Shown here one piece after another: positions 1 through 14,980 of a stretch of DNA of 64,000 nucleotides. The first letter of the stretch is position 1; the number at the start of each line of letters is the position of its first letter. The DNA is from Octopus vulgaris (lineage: Eukaryota): NCBI GenBank assembly GCA_951406725.2, contig OX597821.1, forward strand, positions 930,001 through 994,000, given 5' to 3'. The translations under genes were made by a program, and so were the position numbers. The notes under the pieces are model-generated. The model did no database searches. It had not been told where the DNA came from and was given only the letters and a program-made list of their open reading frames with translations.

Positions 1-141
1 GCACTGGTATGCCTGGAGGACGATGGTGCTATAATGCTGCTAAAACAACATTGCTGTAAGGTCTACAGGTTAGGGGCATGTAATATTTGCTTTACTGGCA
101 ACCCTCATACTACGCGACTGCGTGCGCAGAAGCGGTTTGAA

Positions 142-372
142 GGCGGCGAGCTGGCAGAAACGTTAGCGCGCCGGACGAAATGCTTAGCGGTATTTCGTCT
201 ACCATAACGTTCGGAGTTCAAATTCCGCCGAGGTCAACTTTGCCTTTCATCCTTTTGCGGTCGATAACTTAAGTACCAGTTACGCACTGGGGTCGATCTA
301 ACCGACTTAATCCCTTTGTCTGTCCTTGTTTGTCCCCTCTATGTTTAGCCCCCTGTGGGCAATAAAGAAATA
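142..372 (+). mobile_element. tRNA-derived SINE, family 1 (head GGCGGCGAGCTGGCAGAA), full length, tail type A
   Basis: A-box-like TGGCAGAAACGTTAG and B-box GAGTTCAAATTCC; ends AATAAAGAAATA; exact 14-bp TSD AGAAGCGGTTTGAA at 128-141 and 373-386; many related copies in the window. Confidence 0.9.
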
Positions 373-424
373 AGAAGCGGTTTGAATGCTAGAACTGAAT
401 AAAAATCTGCTTATGTCTGTAGGC

Positions 425-1096
425 CAGGGCTTCTCAATCATTTTTCACGTATGGACCCTTTTAATAACTAGTTTATTGCAGTGGACCCTTATAGTCATTC
501 GATGTTTAAAAACTATAAAACTAGTTTTATGAAAGTTTTATAAAATCCTATTTTGTTTTCCACGCATTAACTTGTGTAGGTTGAACTATGTATGATGCTA
601 GAGAAAGAAACCCAGCTGTTTCTTGCAATACATTTATTTTATTTATTTATGCACTTTTCAAGCCTAGCCAGGCTCATGGGCCCGGTTTCCCGGTTTCTGT
701 GGCGCATGTGTCCCGCCCACCTAGCTGGACGGGAGGCCAGGCCATCGCAGTGTTACTTAAAAAACAGGAAGAAGAGTAAGAGAAAGTTGGGGCGAAAGTG
801 TACAATAGGGGTCGCCACCACCTACTGCCGGAGCCTCGTGGAGCTTTAGGTGTTTTCGATCAATAAACACACACAACGCCCGGTCTGGGAATTGAAACCG
901 CGATCCTCCGACCACGAGTCCGCTGCCATTGCGCCTCCTCTTGCGATACATACCAATGCATTAATCTAAAGCAAACTTTTTTCAAGGGTCCTGAAAATAC
1001 TATATTGGGCCCCCAATTTACTATTTTGTAGCAAGGATCCCACCAAAATCTTATATGGATCTTTAGGGGCTATATGGACCCCGGTTAAGAACCACG
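425..1096. mobile_element. hAT-like MITE, interrupted by a SINE at ~633-940
   Basis: Termini CAGGGCTTCTCAA / TTAAGAACCACG; GGACCC-rich subterminal motifs; body homologous to copies at 7532, ~35400-35755 and 37973. Confidence 0.75.
633..940 (-). mobile_element. tRNA-derived SINE, family 3, with (TAAA)n tail
   Basis: Near-identical to 2332-2650; tRNA-like head with B-box GGTTTCAATTCCC; tail (ATAA)n. Confidence 0.85.
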
Positions 1097-2331
1097 GTCG
1101 TGGACCAATGAAACGGGGAAATGTCAATAGAACAAAAAACTATATAGAAACAGGAATAGATAGACAGATACACAGAGAAAGACAGATCACATGTATGGAC
1201 AGACTAACAGACAGATGTGCTGAAAGACCGATAGACAGACAGACAGACAGACAGGCAGAGAAATAGAATTTAGTCCGAGCCTCACTCGTTAAACTAAATT
1301 CTACCACAGGAATAATAGTTTACAGATTTCGCTTCCTAATTATAACATCTTTAGGTTGGTGAAGTATTTTGTATAAGATTTCATTTCAAAACAGATAGCT
1401 GACATATCTACCAGCACGCACACACACGCACGCACGTACACACACGCACGCACACACGCACGCACATACCCACCCTTCCATGTACCCAAACACATACACA
1501 CACACACGTTCTACAAGGAACATCGAATTTCAAGACACATGCCTGTGTACGTAGCGTGCGCTTACACAAACCAGTTTGCTTGTTTGCAAATCATTATCAT
1601 GTATGTATGTATGTATGTATGTATGTATGTATGTATGTATGTATGTATGTATGTATGTATGTATGTATGTATGTATGTGAATTGTTTGTCTTTATGCATT
1701 GTTATACATAAGTAAATCGGTCAAATATTAATTGAACAGTTGTTAAATATTTTTAAATACACTTTATTTTGTTTCTTTAAGAAAAACATCGACTATAAGT
1801 TCGAAGATTCGACATAGTTGTCTTCATCAGTCGGTCTGACAAAGGTAATTGAACCGAAATGTCGAACTCACAGTAGACAACTTCCTTGAGCGATATAAAA
1901 TGCTGGCCGTGACATATATGAAACCTCGCAGCCAGCACTATATTAAACATAGGTTCTCGCGCGCTTAAAAAATAATAGATTAAATGTTTTTAACGTTTTC
2001 ATGAGACACCCTGAACCAAGTTGGCAGCTTATATAATACACAAAAAAAAAAAAAATGCTTAAAACTTCAAACAATCACTCGAACAGGTTTTGAATTTTCT
2101 CCTGTGTAGACACACTAACAAACTCTTATTAGCTAACTTTAATCAAATTATAATATACGATTAAAGTATAACTCTTTGACTAGGATCCAGCCGGAAATCT
2201 TACATTTTATCAAACTTTTGTGCTTAAATATCCATGTTTTCCCGATTCCTTTAAAATAAGATTTGTACTCCGTGTTATGATCAATACAATCGAACTGACA
2301 TATTCGAATATAACGGTGCAATACAGACTGT

Positions 2332-2650
2332 ATATTTATTTATTTATGCGCACTTTTCAAGCCTAGCCAGGCCCATGGGCCCGGTTTCCCGGTTTCTGTG
2401 GCGTATGTGTTCCTCCCAGCTGGACGCGACGCCAGTCCATCGCAGCGTTACTCAAGAAACAGGAAGAAAGAGTGAGAGAAAGTTGGGTCGAAAGAGTACA
2501 ACAGGGGTCGCCACCACCTACTGCCGGAGCCTCGTGGAGCTTTACGTATTTTCACTCAATAAACACGCACAACGCCCGGTCTGGGAATTGAAACCGCGAT
2601 CCTCCAACCACGAGTCCGCTGCCCTAACCACTGGGCCATTGCGCCTCCGC
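2332..2650 (-). mobile_element. tRNA-derived SINE, family 3
   Basis: Head GGCGCAATGGCCCAGTGGTTAGGGC with B-box; central CTGCGATGGACTGGCGTC..GTCCAG resembles conserved V/Meta-type SINE central domains; (ATAA)n tail. Confidence 0.85.
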
Positions 2651-2719
2651 ACATACTATATATTAGGGTACTATATTCCACATGAGTATTTGTGTAATAT
2701 CCGAGTGTGAATCTGTCTT

Positions 2720-2897
<178 letters not shown>

Positions 2898-2942
2898 CCT
2901 CTGGTACTCGAGTTTTTTCCACCCTGTTTTGTATTTGTGATT

Positions 2943-2995
<53 letters not shown>

Positions 2996-3429
2996 ATGTA
3001 TGTTTGTTTAACTGTTGTGTATATCTATTTTTTTGAAGTCGCACTTAAATTGCATACAGATTATTTATTTAACAGATGATTGACATGTGTGAATTAGTCT
3101 ATGAAAGCCAAAGAGAACCCAAATCAAAGCCACTATGTAGACATATGGAAGAAACGGTTTTGAAGGGTTGGAAGCGACAGGAAGAATATTTATTTTAATG
3201 AATCGAAAAGTGAAATGTTAATTAGAAATCAGTTCCAATTAAATTTTCTGTTCAACTTTGTCCTTAATTCTGGGGCCGTTGTAACATGCCCGCCGCCAGC
3301 CGACAGGGTCTTACAGGATTGCTACTACAGCCTCTTACAAGCTCACGGCGTCGGAGTTTGGAAACGTTTAAATATCTGAGAGAGCAAGACTCATTCCACA
3401 CCTGAGCGGAATGCCAATCTGCTGCAGGC

Positions 3430-4005
3430 AAAAGAATTTGGTTGTTTAAGTATGTCTTATTTTCCAACATGGTGGTCTCAGTTTTTCTCTCTTTCAGCCA
3501 TGTTGTTTTGTTTTGCCCATGGAGTGTTATTTGGTCAACGCACCCGTTGTTGATATATTTCTGAAGCTTAGAATCGCCTGCAAATATTCTGATTTTTGAA
3601 GTGATTATGATGTCGCTTATGTAAAATATAAAGAGCGCTAAAAATAGGTGCGCAGGAGGTGGGGGGGGGGGGGTGCATCACTAAATAATTTTTGCTGAGC
3701 TTCTGTAAGTTTCATCAATAAAAATATTCTTCTTACTGAAACAAAACCTAATCCACTGAGACAATTTTCGTCAACAATATGCTGTTGTTGAATCTATCAA
3801 AAGCCTTGTTGACGTCAAGACATACTGGAGACTGTTCTCCAAATATTTATGATATCATGAAATTTAGTGCAGAAGCCAGAAACCATGTTTTAGCGGTTAC
3901 TGTCACATCGACAGCCATTTTTGTTGAAATTGGTAAGATTGTTTGCTCATCAGAAAGTAAATTATTCGCTCAAATACTTTTATGATATAAGACATGACGT
4001 TGGTC
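3430..4005 (-). pseudogene. Decayed CR1-group LINE reverse transcriptase fragment
   Basis: Minus-strand remnants in the correct order: LTNVMSYIIKVFERII, VCLDVNKAFD, ALFIFYISDI and IFAGDSKL (YADD-equivalent); frameshifted. Confidence 0.75.
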
Positions 4006-4419
4006 AGTGTGTGTGTGTGTGTGTGTCTATGCTTGTGTGTGTGTGAGTGTGTGTTCATGTATTTATGTGTGTGAGTAGCTGCATCTTGATGAGATTCCTT
4101 AAAATCTTTTTGCAAGATTGTATCTATATAAAAATTTACTATTATATATTGAAGGTATATATACGCAGGTAGGACTATTCAACATTTATCAGTGTGTGTG
4201 TATGTGGGTGCGTGTGTATGTGTGTGTATATATGTATGTACGCATGTATGTATATATGCATGTATGTATGATATACTATATATAAATGGTACATATTATA
4301 CATATATATATATATTTATATGCGCAAACATGTATACGTATGGATACAAATATATATGTGGATGTTTTACATATGTGCATATGAGTATGTATATATATAT
4401 ATATATATATATATGCGTC

Positions 4420-4550
<131 letters not shown>

Positions 4551-4970
4551 CTTGTTTAGGAACCTATTTCTATTTTTATATAAATTCGTATGCCATGTGT
4601 TTAATGATATATATAATACGTATGTCATGTAATACGTATGTGCTTCCGTACATACGTACGTGCAAACATCCACGCGTTATACACGCCATTACGAACCTAT
4701 ACGTGTTCAAGTCGACAAAATAAAATGAAGGGTTGGTGCGTAAAGCGGGTGAGAATTAAGGGTGTTAATATTAACAATAAATTTAGTGGCTCACTTTGGT
4801 GTAAATTAAATGCCTCGATTAACCATTGCAGCGTATAAAAATGTGAATAAATACTGCCAAACAGCGGTCGATATACATTAGTTATAAACATTAAACAAGA
4901 AAGAAAATTGCGCACACGCACACACATATACGCGCACATACGTACATACGTACATACATACATACATACA

Positions 4971-5002
<32 letters not shown>

Positions 5003-5025
5003 GACACACACAAACGTGTGGATAC

Positions 5026-5093
<68 letters not shown>

Positions 5094-5132
5094 ATATAAT
5101 ATTTTGCATGTGTGTGTGTATAGTGCTTATGG

Positions 5133-5175
<43 letters not shown>

Positions 5176-5274
5176 ATATATATATATATCTCTTTATTTT
5201 GCGCATACGCACACATTAAATACATAAAGACGTATATGTATATGTACATGCCTTTGTGTGTGCGTGTGTATATA

Positions 5275-5307
<33 letters not shown>

Positions 5308-5440
5308 TCATTTGTGAATTGAATTTCAGACTGCGTAGGGCAGGATGTGTATATTGTGCGTAGACAGATAGATATCTTCTCATCCTTTAATGTTTATAAC
5401 TAATGTCTATCGATCAGGCAGAAGATATGTGGTGTGTGGA

Positions 5441-5482
<42 letters not shown>

Positions 5483-6296
5483 GAAACAAACATGAAATCT
5501 CTGGTATGTCTCTCTCTGATTGGATGTGCTTCATTCTGTTCGCGTGTATATACACACCGAGATCTGTATGAGATTTTGGCTGCCATCCTGCTACACACAC
5601 ACATTTATACTTCTATAAGTATGCGTAACTATATCTTCGATTTTGTACACACACACACACGTGTATACATACATAAATAATTATGCATAATTATATATAT
5701 GCATATACGTCTATCTGAATATATATATATATATATATACACATATTTATTCAAACATATATGCACATACATATAAATATGTCTATATATGTGCGTGTGT
5801 ATATGTATTTATGTATGTATGCTTCATACATATATTACATATATATGTGTACGTGTGTATGTGTAAGCATATATGTGCTTTAATTGGATATATATATATA
5901 TACACATACACAAATACACGTATTCATGTATGTATATATGTATGTATGTATTTAATAGGTAGTTGGAACGACACGGATGCGACATGACAAAATCGTCTTG
6001 CTATTCCTTAATTCTATTAAATGTTTGCTAAGAAACACGAATGGTGAAATTTAATTGCCTGGAAATTCTTGTAAAAGGCAATATCAGAGAAAGTGTGTCA
6101 CTGGGTTAACGTCTATGCTGTAGTACTTTGATTGATAAACTTGTTCAAGCTTGTAACGCGTGGTGTATGTAGATTGTGCGTGTATGTGTATGTATGTTGT
6201 AGAAGTAGGATATGTTTGCATGCGTGTATATAAGTATGTTTGTGTGTATGTGTATGTATGTATGTACGTGTGTATGTATGTATATATGTATGTATG

Positions 6297-6328
<32 letters not shown>

Positions 6329-7505
6329 CATACACACTTTTACCTTTCACTTTTACCTTTCATCTTTTCTCCAACTTGTTTCAGTCATTAGACAGCGGCC
6401 TTGCTGGGGCATCGCCTTTAACTGTTTTTACTCGAAGGAATCGAGCCCCAGTTACATATTTTGTAACGATGTCTTTGTCGAACTCCTAAGTTTCGGGGGC
6501 CTAAACACTACAACACCAGTTGTTATCTGATGGTGGAAGACACACACACACACACACACAGGTCTATAGGTATACGGAAACCGAAAGAAACCCGTCGTGT
6601 ATATAAATATATTGTGGAGTCGCATGGCTTATCGGCTAGGGTGTTGCATTAATGATTGTGAGATCATGAGTTCGTTCCCCAAACCAGGCGTTGCGCTGTG
6701 TTCGGTGCACCTGTGCACGTATTGTCGATCTGATTGAGGAAGTGACCTTATATGTACACAAATATTTGATCACTATAAACAAATCATCTGTGAAGTTGTC
6801 CGGCAAGAAATCACCTAACCTTCATAGGTTGTCTAACGTCGGGAGAGTCCATAATATTATTAAATAGATACCTGGCTTTAAAAAAAAATACAATCAATGC
6901 GAGGGGTGGGGTCGATTCGTTCGACTAAAATTCTTCAAGAAGGTGCTCCAGCATGACCGCATTTACGTCACCAATTTATATAAAACAGAAAAGAAAAGGT
7001 AGGGAATTATTTGGGGATTCACTCATTGTGATAAAAATAATCGTTTAATAACGCTATCTGTGATTATATTAAGCTATTTCCTAAGAGCACTTTTCCCGTA
7101 TATTCAACCATTTATTTTATTACAAGAGGCAGAAGGAAGAGTTTTCTAGGGCACTTTGCTGTTATTTCTAACAGTGTCACGACCACCTAGAGTTCCCCTC
7201 ACTGGGTTTTGGTTCTAGTCTTTCATTATGGATCTATTCATATCTAAAATGTATTTTATAGGAATATAACTCGACCATATGTCTGGTATTTTATTTCATT
7301 GTTCTCTCTAACACTGAAGAATGAAAGGAAAAATTAATTTCCGTAGGATTTGAACCCAGAACGTAAATACGACAATCATTTTTGTTCAAATCTTTACAGA
7401 TTCTGCCAACACACCGATATATGTTAGTCTCATTTACAGCGTTCATATAGTCTCCACGGTGAGACGAATTCCCTTTGTTACCGTTGTAGCAGTCGAGCCC
7501 TTGGT

Positions 7506-8025
7506 GATGGTGTGTGGCTTAATGTTTAGGGCAGGGGTTCTCAAACGATTTTGTTATCTGAGGAACATTTTGATTACTATCTTATTCAGTGTTTACAAAC
7601 TAGTTCTATAGAAACCTCTTTCAAAATTCCTATTTCGTTTCTCACACAATAACTTGTGTAGGTTGGACTATGTAAACTGTTAGAAAAAGAAACCTTTAGA
7701 GGCCTTTAAGAACCACTGGGTTAGGGTATTCAGTTCACGATCGTAAGGCCGTGAGTTCAATTCCCGGCGACGCGTTGTGTCTTTCAGCAAGGCACTTTAT
7801 TTCAATTTGCTCCAGTCCACTCAACTGGCGAAAATGACTAGTACCTGTATTTCAAAGGGTCAACCTTGTTACATTCTGTGTCACCCTGAATATTCCTGAG
7901 AACTACGTTAAGGGTGCACGTGTCTGTGTAGCGCTCAGCCACTTGCATGTTAATTTCACGAGCAGGTTGTTCCGTTGATCGGATCAATTGGAACCCTCAT
8001 CGTCGTAACCGACGGAGTGCCAGTT
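7506..8025 (+). mobile_element. tRNA-derived SINE, family 5 (Arg-like head, CORE-like segment), split by a hAT MITE
   Basis: Head GTGGCTTAATG/GTTAGGGTATTC..ACGATCGTAAGG..GAGTTCAATTCCC; second copy at 38795-39012 has GTGTCCTTGAGCA. Confidence 0.8.
7532..7718. mobile_element. hAT-like MITE (internally deleted) with 8-bp TSD
   Basis: TIRs CAGGGGTTCTCAAA / TTTAAGAACCACTG; TSD GTTTAGGG (7524-7531) / GGTTAGGG (7719-7726). Confidence 0.85.
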
Positions 8026-8134
8026 GTTGAGCTCTAAGAATCCATCTTATGACCAAAGAATTTCCAACTATGGCCGCCACTTGGTTTTTCTCTTAGACGT
8101 ATTTTATGATTACTTAATGTAAACATCCCGGTAC

Positions 8135-8189
<55 letters not shown>

Positions 8190-8231
8190 GCACACACACA
8201 CACACACACACACACGCACGCACGCACACAC

Positions 8232-8311
<80 letters not shown>

Positions 8312-8617
8312 CTTCTATCTGCTAAATTTCACTCAAATCGCCAAAACCGAGGTTATGAACGAAGACACATGCGCAGTGACATCGAAGCCGGAAACACGTG
8401 ACTGTGCAGTTGAACGTCTCAGTTTCACTGTTTACGACGCAATGAACTTCGTTAAAGGCACTCAGTGACCCGGTACCTGTAGGGGTGATAAGCAGGGTGT
8501 CGATTTAAGTCTAGTTTTATGTGCATGGATGTCAAAGAACGTAAGTAAGAATTTATGTGAACCGTCCGTGTCTTGATTGACGGAATACAACCAGGAATGA
8601 CCAGGAATGAAAGATCA

Positions 8618-8676
<59 letters not shown>

Positions 8677-8681
8677 ATATT

Positions 8682-8738
<57 letters not shown>

Positions 8739-8741
8739 ATT

Positions 8742-8804
<63 letters not shown>

Positions 8805-8859
8805 GTCTATCTGTCTGTCTGTGTATATGTATGTGTGTGTGTGAATCTCACTGTCTCTC

Positions 8860-8891
<32 letters not shown>

Positions 8892-9320
8892 TGTATGTAT
8901 GTATGTATCTATCTATCTGTCTATCTATCTATTCTATCTAATGTAATATTGATATGACTGTAAAAAGGAATCAGGAATCAGACTTAAGCTTGTTGATTAG
9001 CAACGCATAAATGCGTGAGGATTTGTTGCTGAGCAACGGATAGACACTTGCTGTGAATCTTCTCTCCCTCTAACCACCTCTTTCATCTTACATTCTTCCT
9101 CACCCCACCCCACACCACACAACAACAACTACAACTACAACAACAGTATTTCTTGCCATAAATGGCCAATATCATTTTCATATCGTTTAATCTTTGATAT
9201 TTTGGCAGAATCTCATTTTTCTCTGTTTTTCTCTCGCTCTCTGGTTCTTTGCCACTTTCTTTCTCATACTCATTCTTCCACTTATTCTGCAAAAAGCTGA
9301 TGGTGGTATGGGTGCCGACA

Positions 9321-9404
<84 letters not shown>

Positions 9405-10722
9405 CTGCGTTTGGCATGATGATAAAAAGGAAGACAAAAGCGAAGGCGGGGATGTGATGTCTTTTGTTATTATTACAAAAGCTGATACAATCGTTTGAGC
9501 GTCGGATAAAATGCCATGCGTATTTCTTCCGGCTTTTTCTGTCCCGGTTTCAAATCTCGCCAAGGTCAACTTTGCCCTTCGTTCTCTCTTGTTCGATAAA
9601 ATAAAAATACCAACCAAATATTTGTAGATGGTATTGATTAATTTCCCCACCCCTTACTAAAAAATGTTGGCCCTGTGCTTCAATCAGAAGCCATCAGACA
9701 CGATGGCGGACTGGCAGAAACATTAGAGAGTTTGGAAATAAACGTCTTTGCGTCCGTTCGTTTTACGTTCTGAGTTCAAATCCTGCTGAGTTAGTTTTGC
9801 CCTTTTATTCCTCCGGCGTCGATAAAATAAAGTAAAAGTGATGCATTGAATGGGGTCGATGTAATCGGCGAACTGTATCCACCTCAAATTACTGGCTTTG
9901 TTTAAAAATAAAATGCTATTATTAAAATACGTTTAGAGGCCCAGTTAAAAGCTCATAAGATGGTCTCTGATTAAGCTACCATTTTTCTGTTAACTATTCT
10001 TTGATTACTATTTTATTACTTTTTCTCTACTTTTAATCTCATATGCTGAATATAAGTAATGGATCTTCGTCAGTTTCGACCACGAATATTCATTTGCTCA
10101 ATCAACTAACCTACCTGTTCATTTAATCTCACAGGTACCTGTAGCCTTAATGAATCAACATGACACAATGGGACAAGGCTAGGTCATTAAAATTAAAGGC
10201 ACAATCCCGACGGACTTTTACACGGCCTACGTTCGCTCATAACACTTGGGTTGACCTAAGACTGAGGCAAAAACCTTTGATCAAGATATCACTTAATGAG
10301 ATTCGAACCCGTTATCTCGTGATTGCGAAGTGATCTTCTAAGCCAATCTACCAGGCTGCGTCTCTAGAATATATATTTACCATATTTGTATAATTACACC
10401 GCGTTTCAATTGCTTCAGTTTGATCGTCGGTCGTCATCAGGTGTCTTATTGGATTCGAACGAAGAATCTTTATGTTTGCGCTCAACGCCTTTAATCGCTT
10501 AACCCAGCCCATCTCAGACATTTAGACACTTGTGGTTGTTATGGTCGTTCTTCTTCTCCTTCTCCTTCTTCTTCTTCTTCTTCTTCTTCTTCTTCTTCTT
10601 CTTCTTTACCATCACAAATCTTTCGTCATCCACAAGCAATCTCACCTCGATTATTCAATGGTGGAATCTCGCCAGTACAACTTGATGCTTCTTTCTCCAA
10701 CCACATCAGAACGAACACTATA

Positions 10723-10791
<69 letters not shown>

Positions 10792-11464
10792 TAAATGTGT
10801 GTGTGTGTATGCGAGTATGCACGTACGTCTTCCTTTCGTCAAATACAATTAATTCACTTCTGTTTCCAAACTAGCTTCACTGTTTTTCTCTGTTTCCGGC
10901 TACTCTCGGACTTTCTCCGCTCTCGGACTTTCTCCGCTCTCAGAAGCGATGCTCTCAATGCACACTTAATTGCAACATGATGAGTTAGCTCTTTCACCTG
11001 TACATATATATTTATCTGTTACCGTTCTTTCAGATATTACCTTCATCAGTCATAACATAAACAACACAACATAGGATTTCCTTACTCATCTCGCCACACT
11101 GGCAGAAAATATACACATCAACACTTTTCTTCTCGCCTTCTTTTCGCACCTCAACACCAAAATAAAATTTCTTTTATTAGACGCAACGCTTCGTGTTTAC
11201 ACTGTTTCTGAAATTAGATGACACGGTGTTTATATCTTTTGGGAGAGTATTAGCAACATGAGAGAATTAATCTGGTTAATAGTGGAAATGAAAAGGGGAT
11301 CGCAATCTCCGTATGTGGGAAATTTATTTATAAATTGCTGCGTTCATGTCTATATTATTGCTGCCTTCGTTCTAATATTTTATATTTTATTCATTAAGCT
11401 GTCGGATAAATTCGTTCATCTTTTTCTAGTGTTATTTGAATTAACGCTAAAATTATCTTTATCG

Positions 11465-11855
11465 TAGTTTTCTGACAAGGTCAGCTCAGCTTCCGCCCTG
11501 CGAACGTCCACCTCTTCTCCCCTTTGAGGAAGACCGGCCCCCTACAAAACAAAAACTGGATGCCATCCAGGGCAGCATGATCTCCAGAAGGCTGGTGCAT
11601 ATCTTGACCAGCACTGTTTGGTATGTTTCCGCTCGGCCTCCCAGCGGCACAGTGGTGCCTCGCTCAATGCACTGCCACCACTCTCGACGGGTACGCAGCT
11701 TGATGGCTAGTTTCTGTATCAGTATTTCCCTGGCATTTGGCCTCCAGATCTGTGTGCCTCACAAATGCCGCTGCGGATCCATTGTCGATTCTTTTGCACC
11801 CCCACCCCACCCATTGACATGTCGTTATTGTGCTGGTCGCCTTCCATGCCATGCT
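11465..11855 (+). pseudogene. Decayed CRE-like (restriction-like endonuclease) non-LTR retrotransposon fragment
   Basis: Frameshifted remnants [10 protein letters not shown] and [37 protein letters not shown] match the zinc-knuckle region upstream of the RLE domain in CRE elements. Confidence 0.65.
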
Positions 11856-12060
11856 ATAGTAGAAAGACACTTGCCCAAGGTGCTACGCAGTGGGAATAAA
11901 ACTGGAACCATGTGGTTGGTAAGCAAGCTATTTAACACAGAGCCACTCCTGCGCCTATACATATATATATATATATATACATACATACATACAAAAACAT
12001 ATATATATATACACAAATACATATATATATACAAATACTTACATACAAATACATACATAT

Positions 12061-12124
<64 letters not shown>

Positions 12125-13142
12125 GCACACAAGGAGAGAAAGAGAAAGCTGATCACATCAAGGAAGATTGATTCTGGTAGATTTCAATTTCCTGTGATAA
12201 TTCTTCGGTTATTATCTTCCATACGTTTCTCCATGCTTCGCTTCGTCCCCCCTCCCTTCCCTCTACCTACACATATACATCTAAATACTTACATACCTCC
12301 AACCAGCCACCTAGCCATCCAGCCAGCCAGTCATTCATCCAGCCGCACTTCCCTACCTACGTACATACATAGGTACAAATACACCTGACTACTTAACTAC
12401 CTACCTACATCCATTCATCCATACTTCCCAAACTACGTACCGGCCTGCCTGCCTGCCTGTCTGCCTACCTGCCTACCTACCTACTTACCTACCTGCCTAC
12501 CTGCCTACCTACCTACCCATTAAACTTCCTTCAAATTATCCCCGTTAAAATCAAAACTACGAAACACATTTTTATAACATTTACACCAAATCTCTAACCT
12601 ATTATTTTTATCACACCTTTTATGGAAGAAGACTTCAAGATTTTTTTCCTAGAAGAGTAGCTAATTTTATTTATATTTTTTCTTTCTTTGCCTTTATATA
12701 TATGTATATATATTTTCTTTTTCTTTCATTCGATACGTGTGTTGTTTCTTTTCTCGTTAAACTCGAATCAATGTAACAATTTCTGTTTTTAAACCTTTTT
12801 TATTTAAAGAAAAAAATACCTAAAAACTCTTTTATTGACCGTCTTTCAATTATTTACTGATTTACTGAAATATATAATACATACATACATACATACTTAC
12901 ATACATACATACATAGTACATACATAGTACATACATACATACATACATACATACATACGTACGTACGTACATACACGTATGTATAGATATATATTTGAAA
13001 GCTTGTATCACACACATACACACACACACATACACACACACACACACACACAGTTCTTTAGTTTCTCTTAATTATCGCGATCAAGGCCATTCTGGAATAC
13101 AACATTCAAAATTAATCTTCATTGGCTTTTGCGCGGTCTCTG

Positions 13143-13232
<90 letters not shown>

Positions 13233-13256
13233 ACTATCTATCTACCTATCTGTCTG

Positions 13257-13410
<154 letters not shown>

Positions 13411-14647
13411 AGTCTGTATGCCCGTTTACCTGTATATCTATCTATACACACAATTACAATGCTGCATATATACACTATTAGATACGTACACACGTACATA
13501 ATTACGCACACACACACATACACACACATACACACACACACGCATAACCATATATGCGTGAATTAATTATAATCTTTGTGGTTGTAGTAATTGTTGTGGT
13601 TGTTGTTGTTGTTTTGTAAATAACATCCGCTTCGAGTTGATTCAATTATTCATTACTAAAAAGAACCGAAGAGTTCTCGTTTCACGCTTCACTTAACATA
13701 CTTACTTAAAACTATATTAATTCCTTTGCCAATTCTAAACGCTTGGCTTGAGTCTGCCAGGCTGTTCATTCTTTGGTCAATGCTAACTTGCTGCTAAACC
13801 AAAGAATTAGTAGGGCTTTAAACAACTACCTATCACACATGCACACATATACATACATACATACATACATACAGACGCAAATGTATGCACACGCGTATAT
13901 ACATATACACACGTATACGTTCTCTTGTTACATATATTGGTGCTACATTTTTGCCTCCCTCTTTCACTACATACGAACCTACATACATACGTATATACGT
14001 GTATGTCCACATGTATAACTGTATGTTTGCCTGCATATGCACGCGTGCGCGCACACACACACACAGACATACACACACACGCATGTATATATATGTGTTT
14101 GTCTCTCGAGTCGAAGAGAGATGGTTCTGCAAATTCTTGTCGCATAACCTGGATGGATAATTTGTTTCTAGAGATCAAATGTTCTCGCTGTACATCAGTT
14201 CATTTCCCCCATCAAATCGATGTTGCATATCCAGGCGCACAGGTATGCCGCCTCTCAGGTGTCGAAGTGATTGCAGAGCAATGTGAAAAGAGGTGTTTTG
14301 CTCAAAATCATAACGCACCACCCAACGCAGAAATCGAACCTACGACCTCGCGATCGTAATTACAACACTCTAACCACTTAGCCATGCGTCCAGGGCGTGA
14401 AACTGTTGTGATCTTTTGATGATAACTGACGAGGAATTAGCAACGTCCTATGTGCGAATTTTCCGTTTGTTGTGTTTCCAGTAAAATTTTTGGAACACAC
14501 ACACACACGTACACGTACACGTACACACGCACATACGCACGCACACACACATGCACACACGCACACACGCACACACACGTACACACACGCACACACACAC
14601 ACACCAGCTCATCTACCCACCTACTTTTGTATCTATGCATAAATATC

Positions 14648-14980
14648 TTACCTTTTACTTGTTTCAGTCATTGGACGGTGGTCATGCTGGAGCACCACCA
14701 CGAAGGGTTTAGTCGACTCCAGTCCTTATTCTAAAAGTCTGGTACGTATTCTATCGGTATATTTTGACAACCCGCTAAGTGACGAGGGAGGAAAACAAGC
14801 CAACATCGGTGATGGGGCTCAAACACATACGCACAAGCATTATATACGACAGCTTCTTTCAGTTTCCGTTTATCAAATCCACCTGCAAACCTTTGGTCGA
14901 TAAAATGTTCCGCGGCGGGACTGAACTCAAAGTTCTATGGTTCGAAAGCAAATTTCTTACCAAATAGCCACGGCTGCACC
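14648..14980 (-). mobile_element. SINE family 2 (bipartite, microsatellite-carrying), degenerate copy
   Basis: Homologous to 59476-59922, e.g. TTTACTTGTTTCAGTCATT..CATGCTGGAGCACC and TTTCAGTTTCCGT. Confidence 0.7.

Noticed and set aside
1264-1303. Small hairpin TAGAATTTAGT/ACTAAATTCTA as a terminator or ncRNA
   Set aside because: Single AT-rich 11-bp stem with no supporting context
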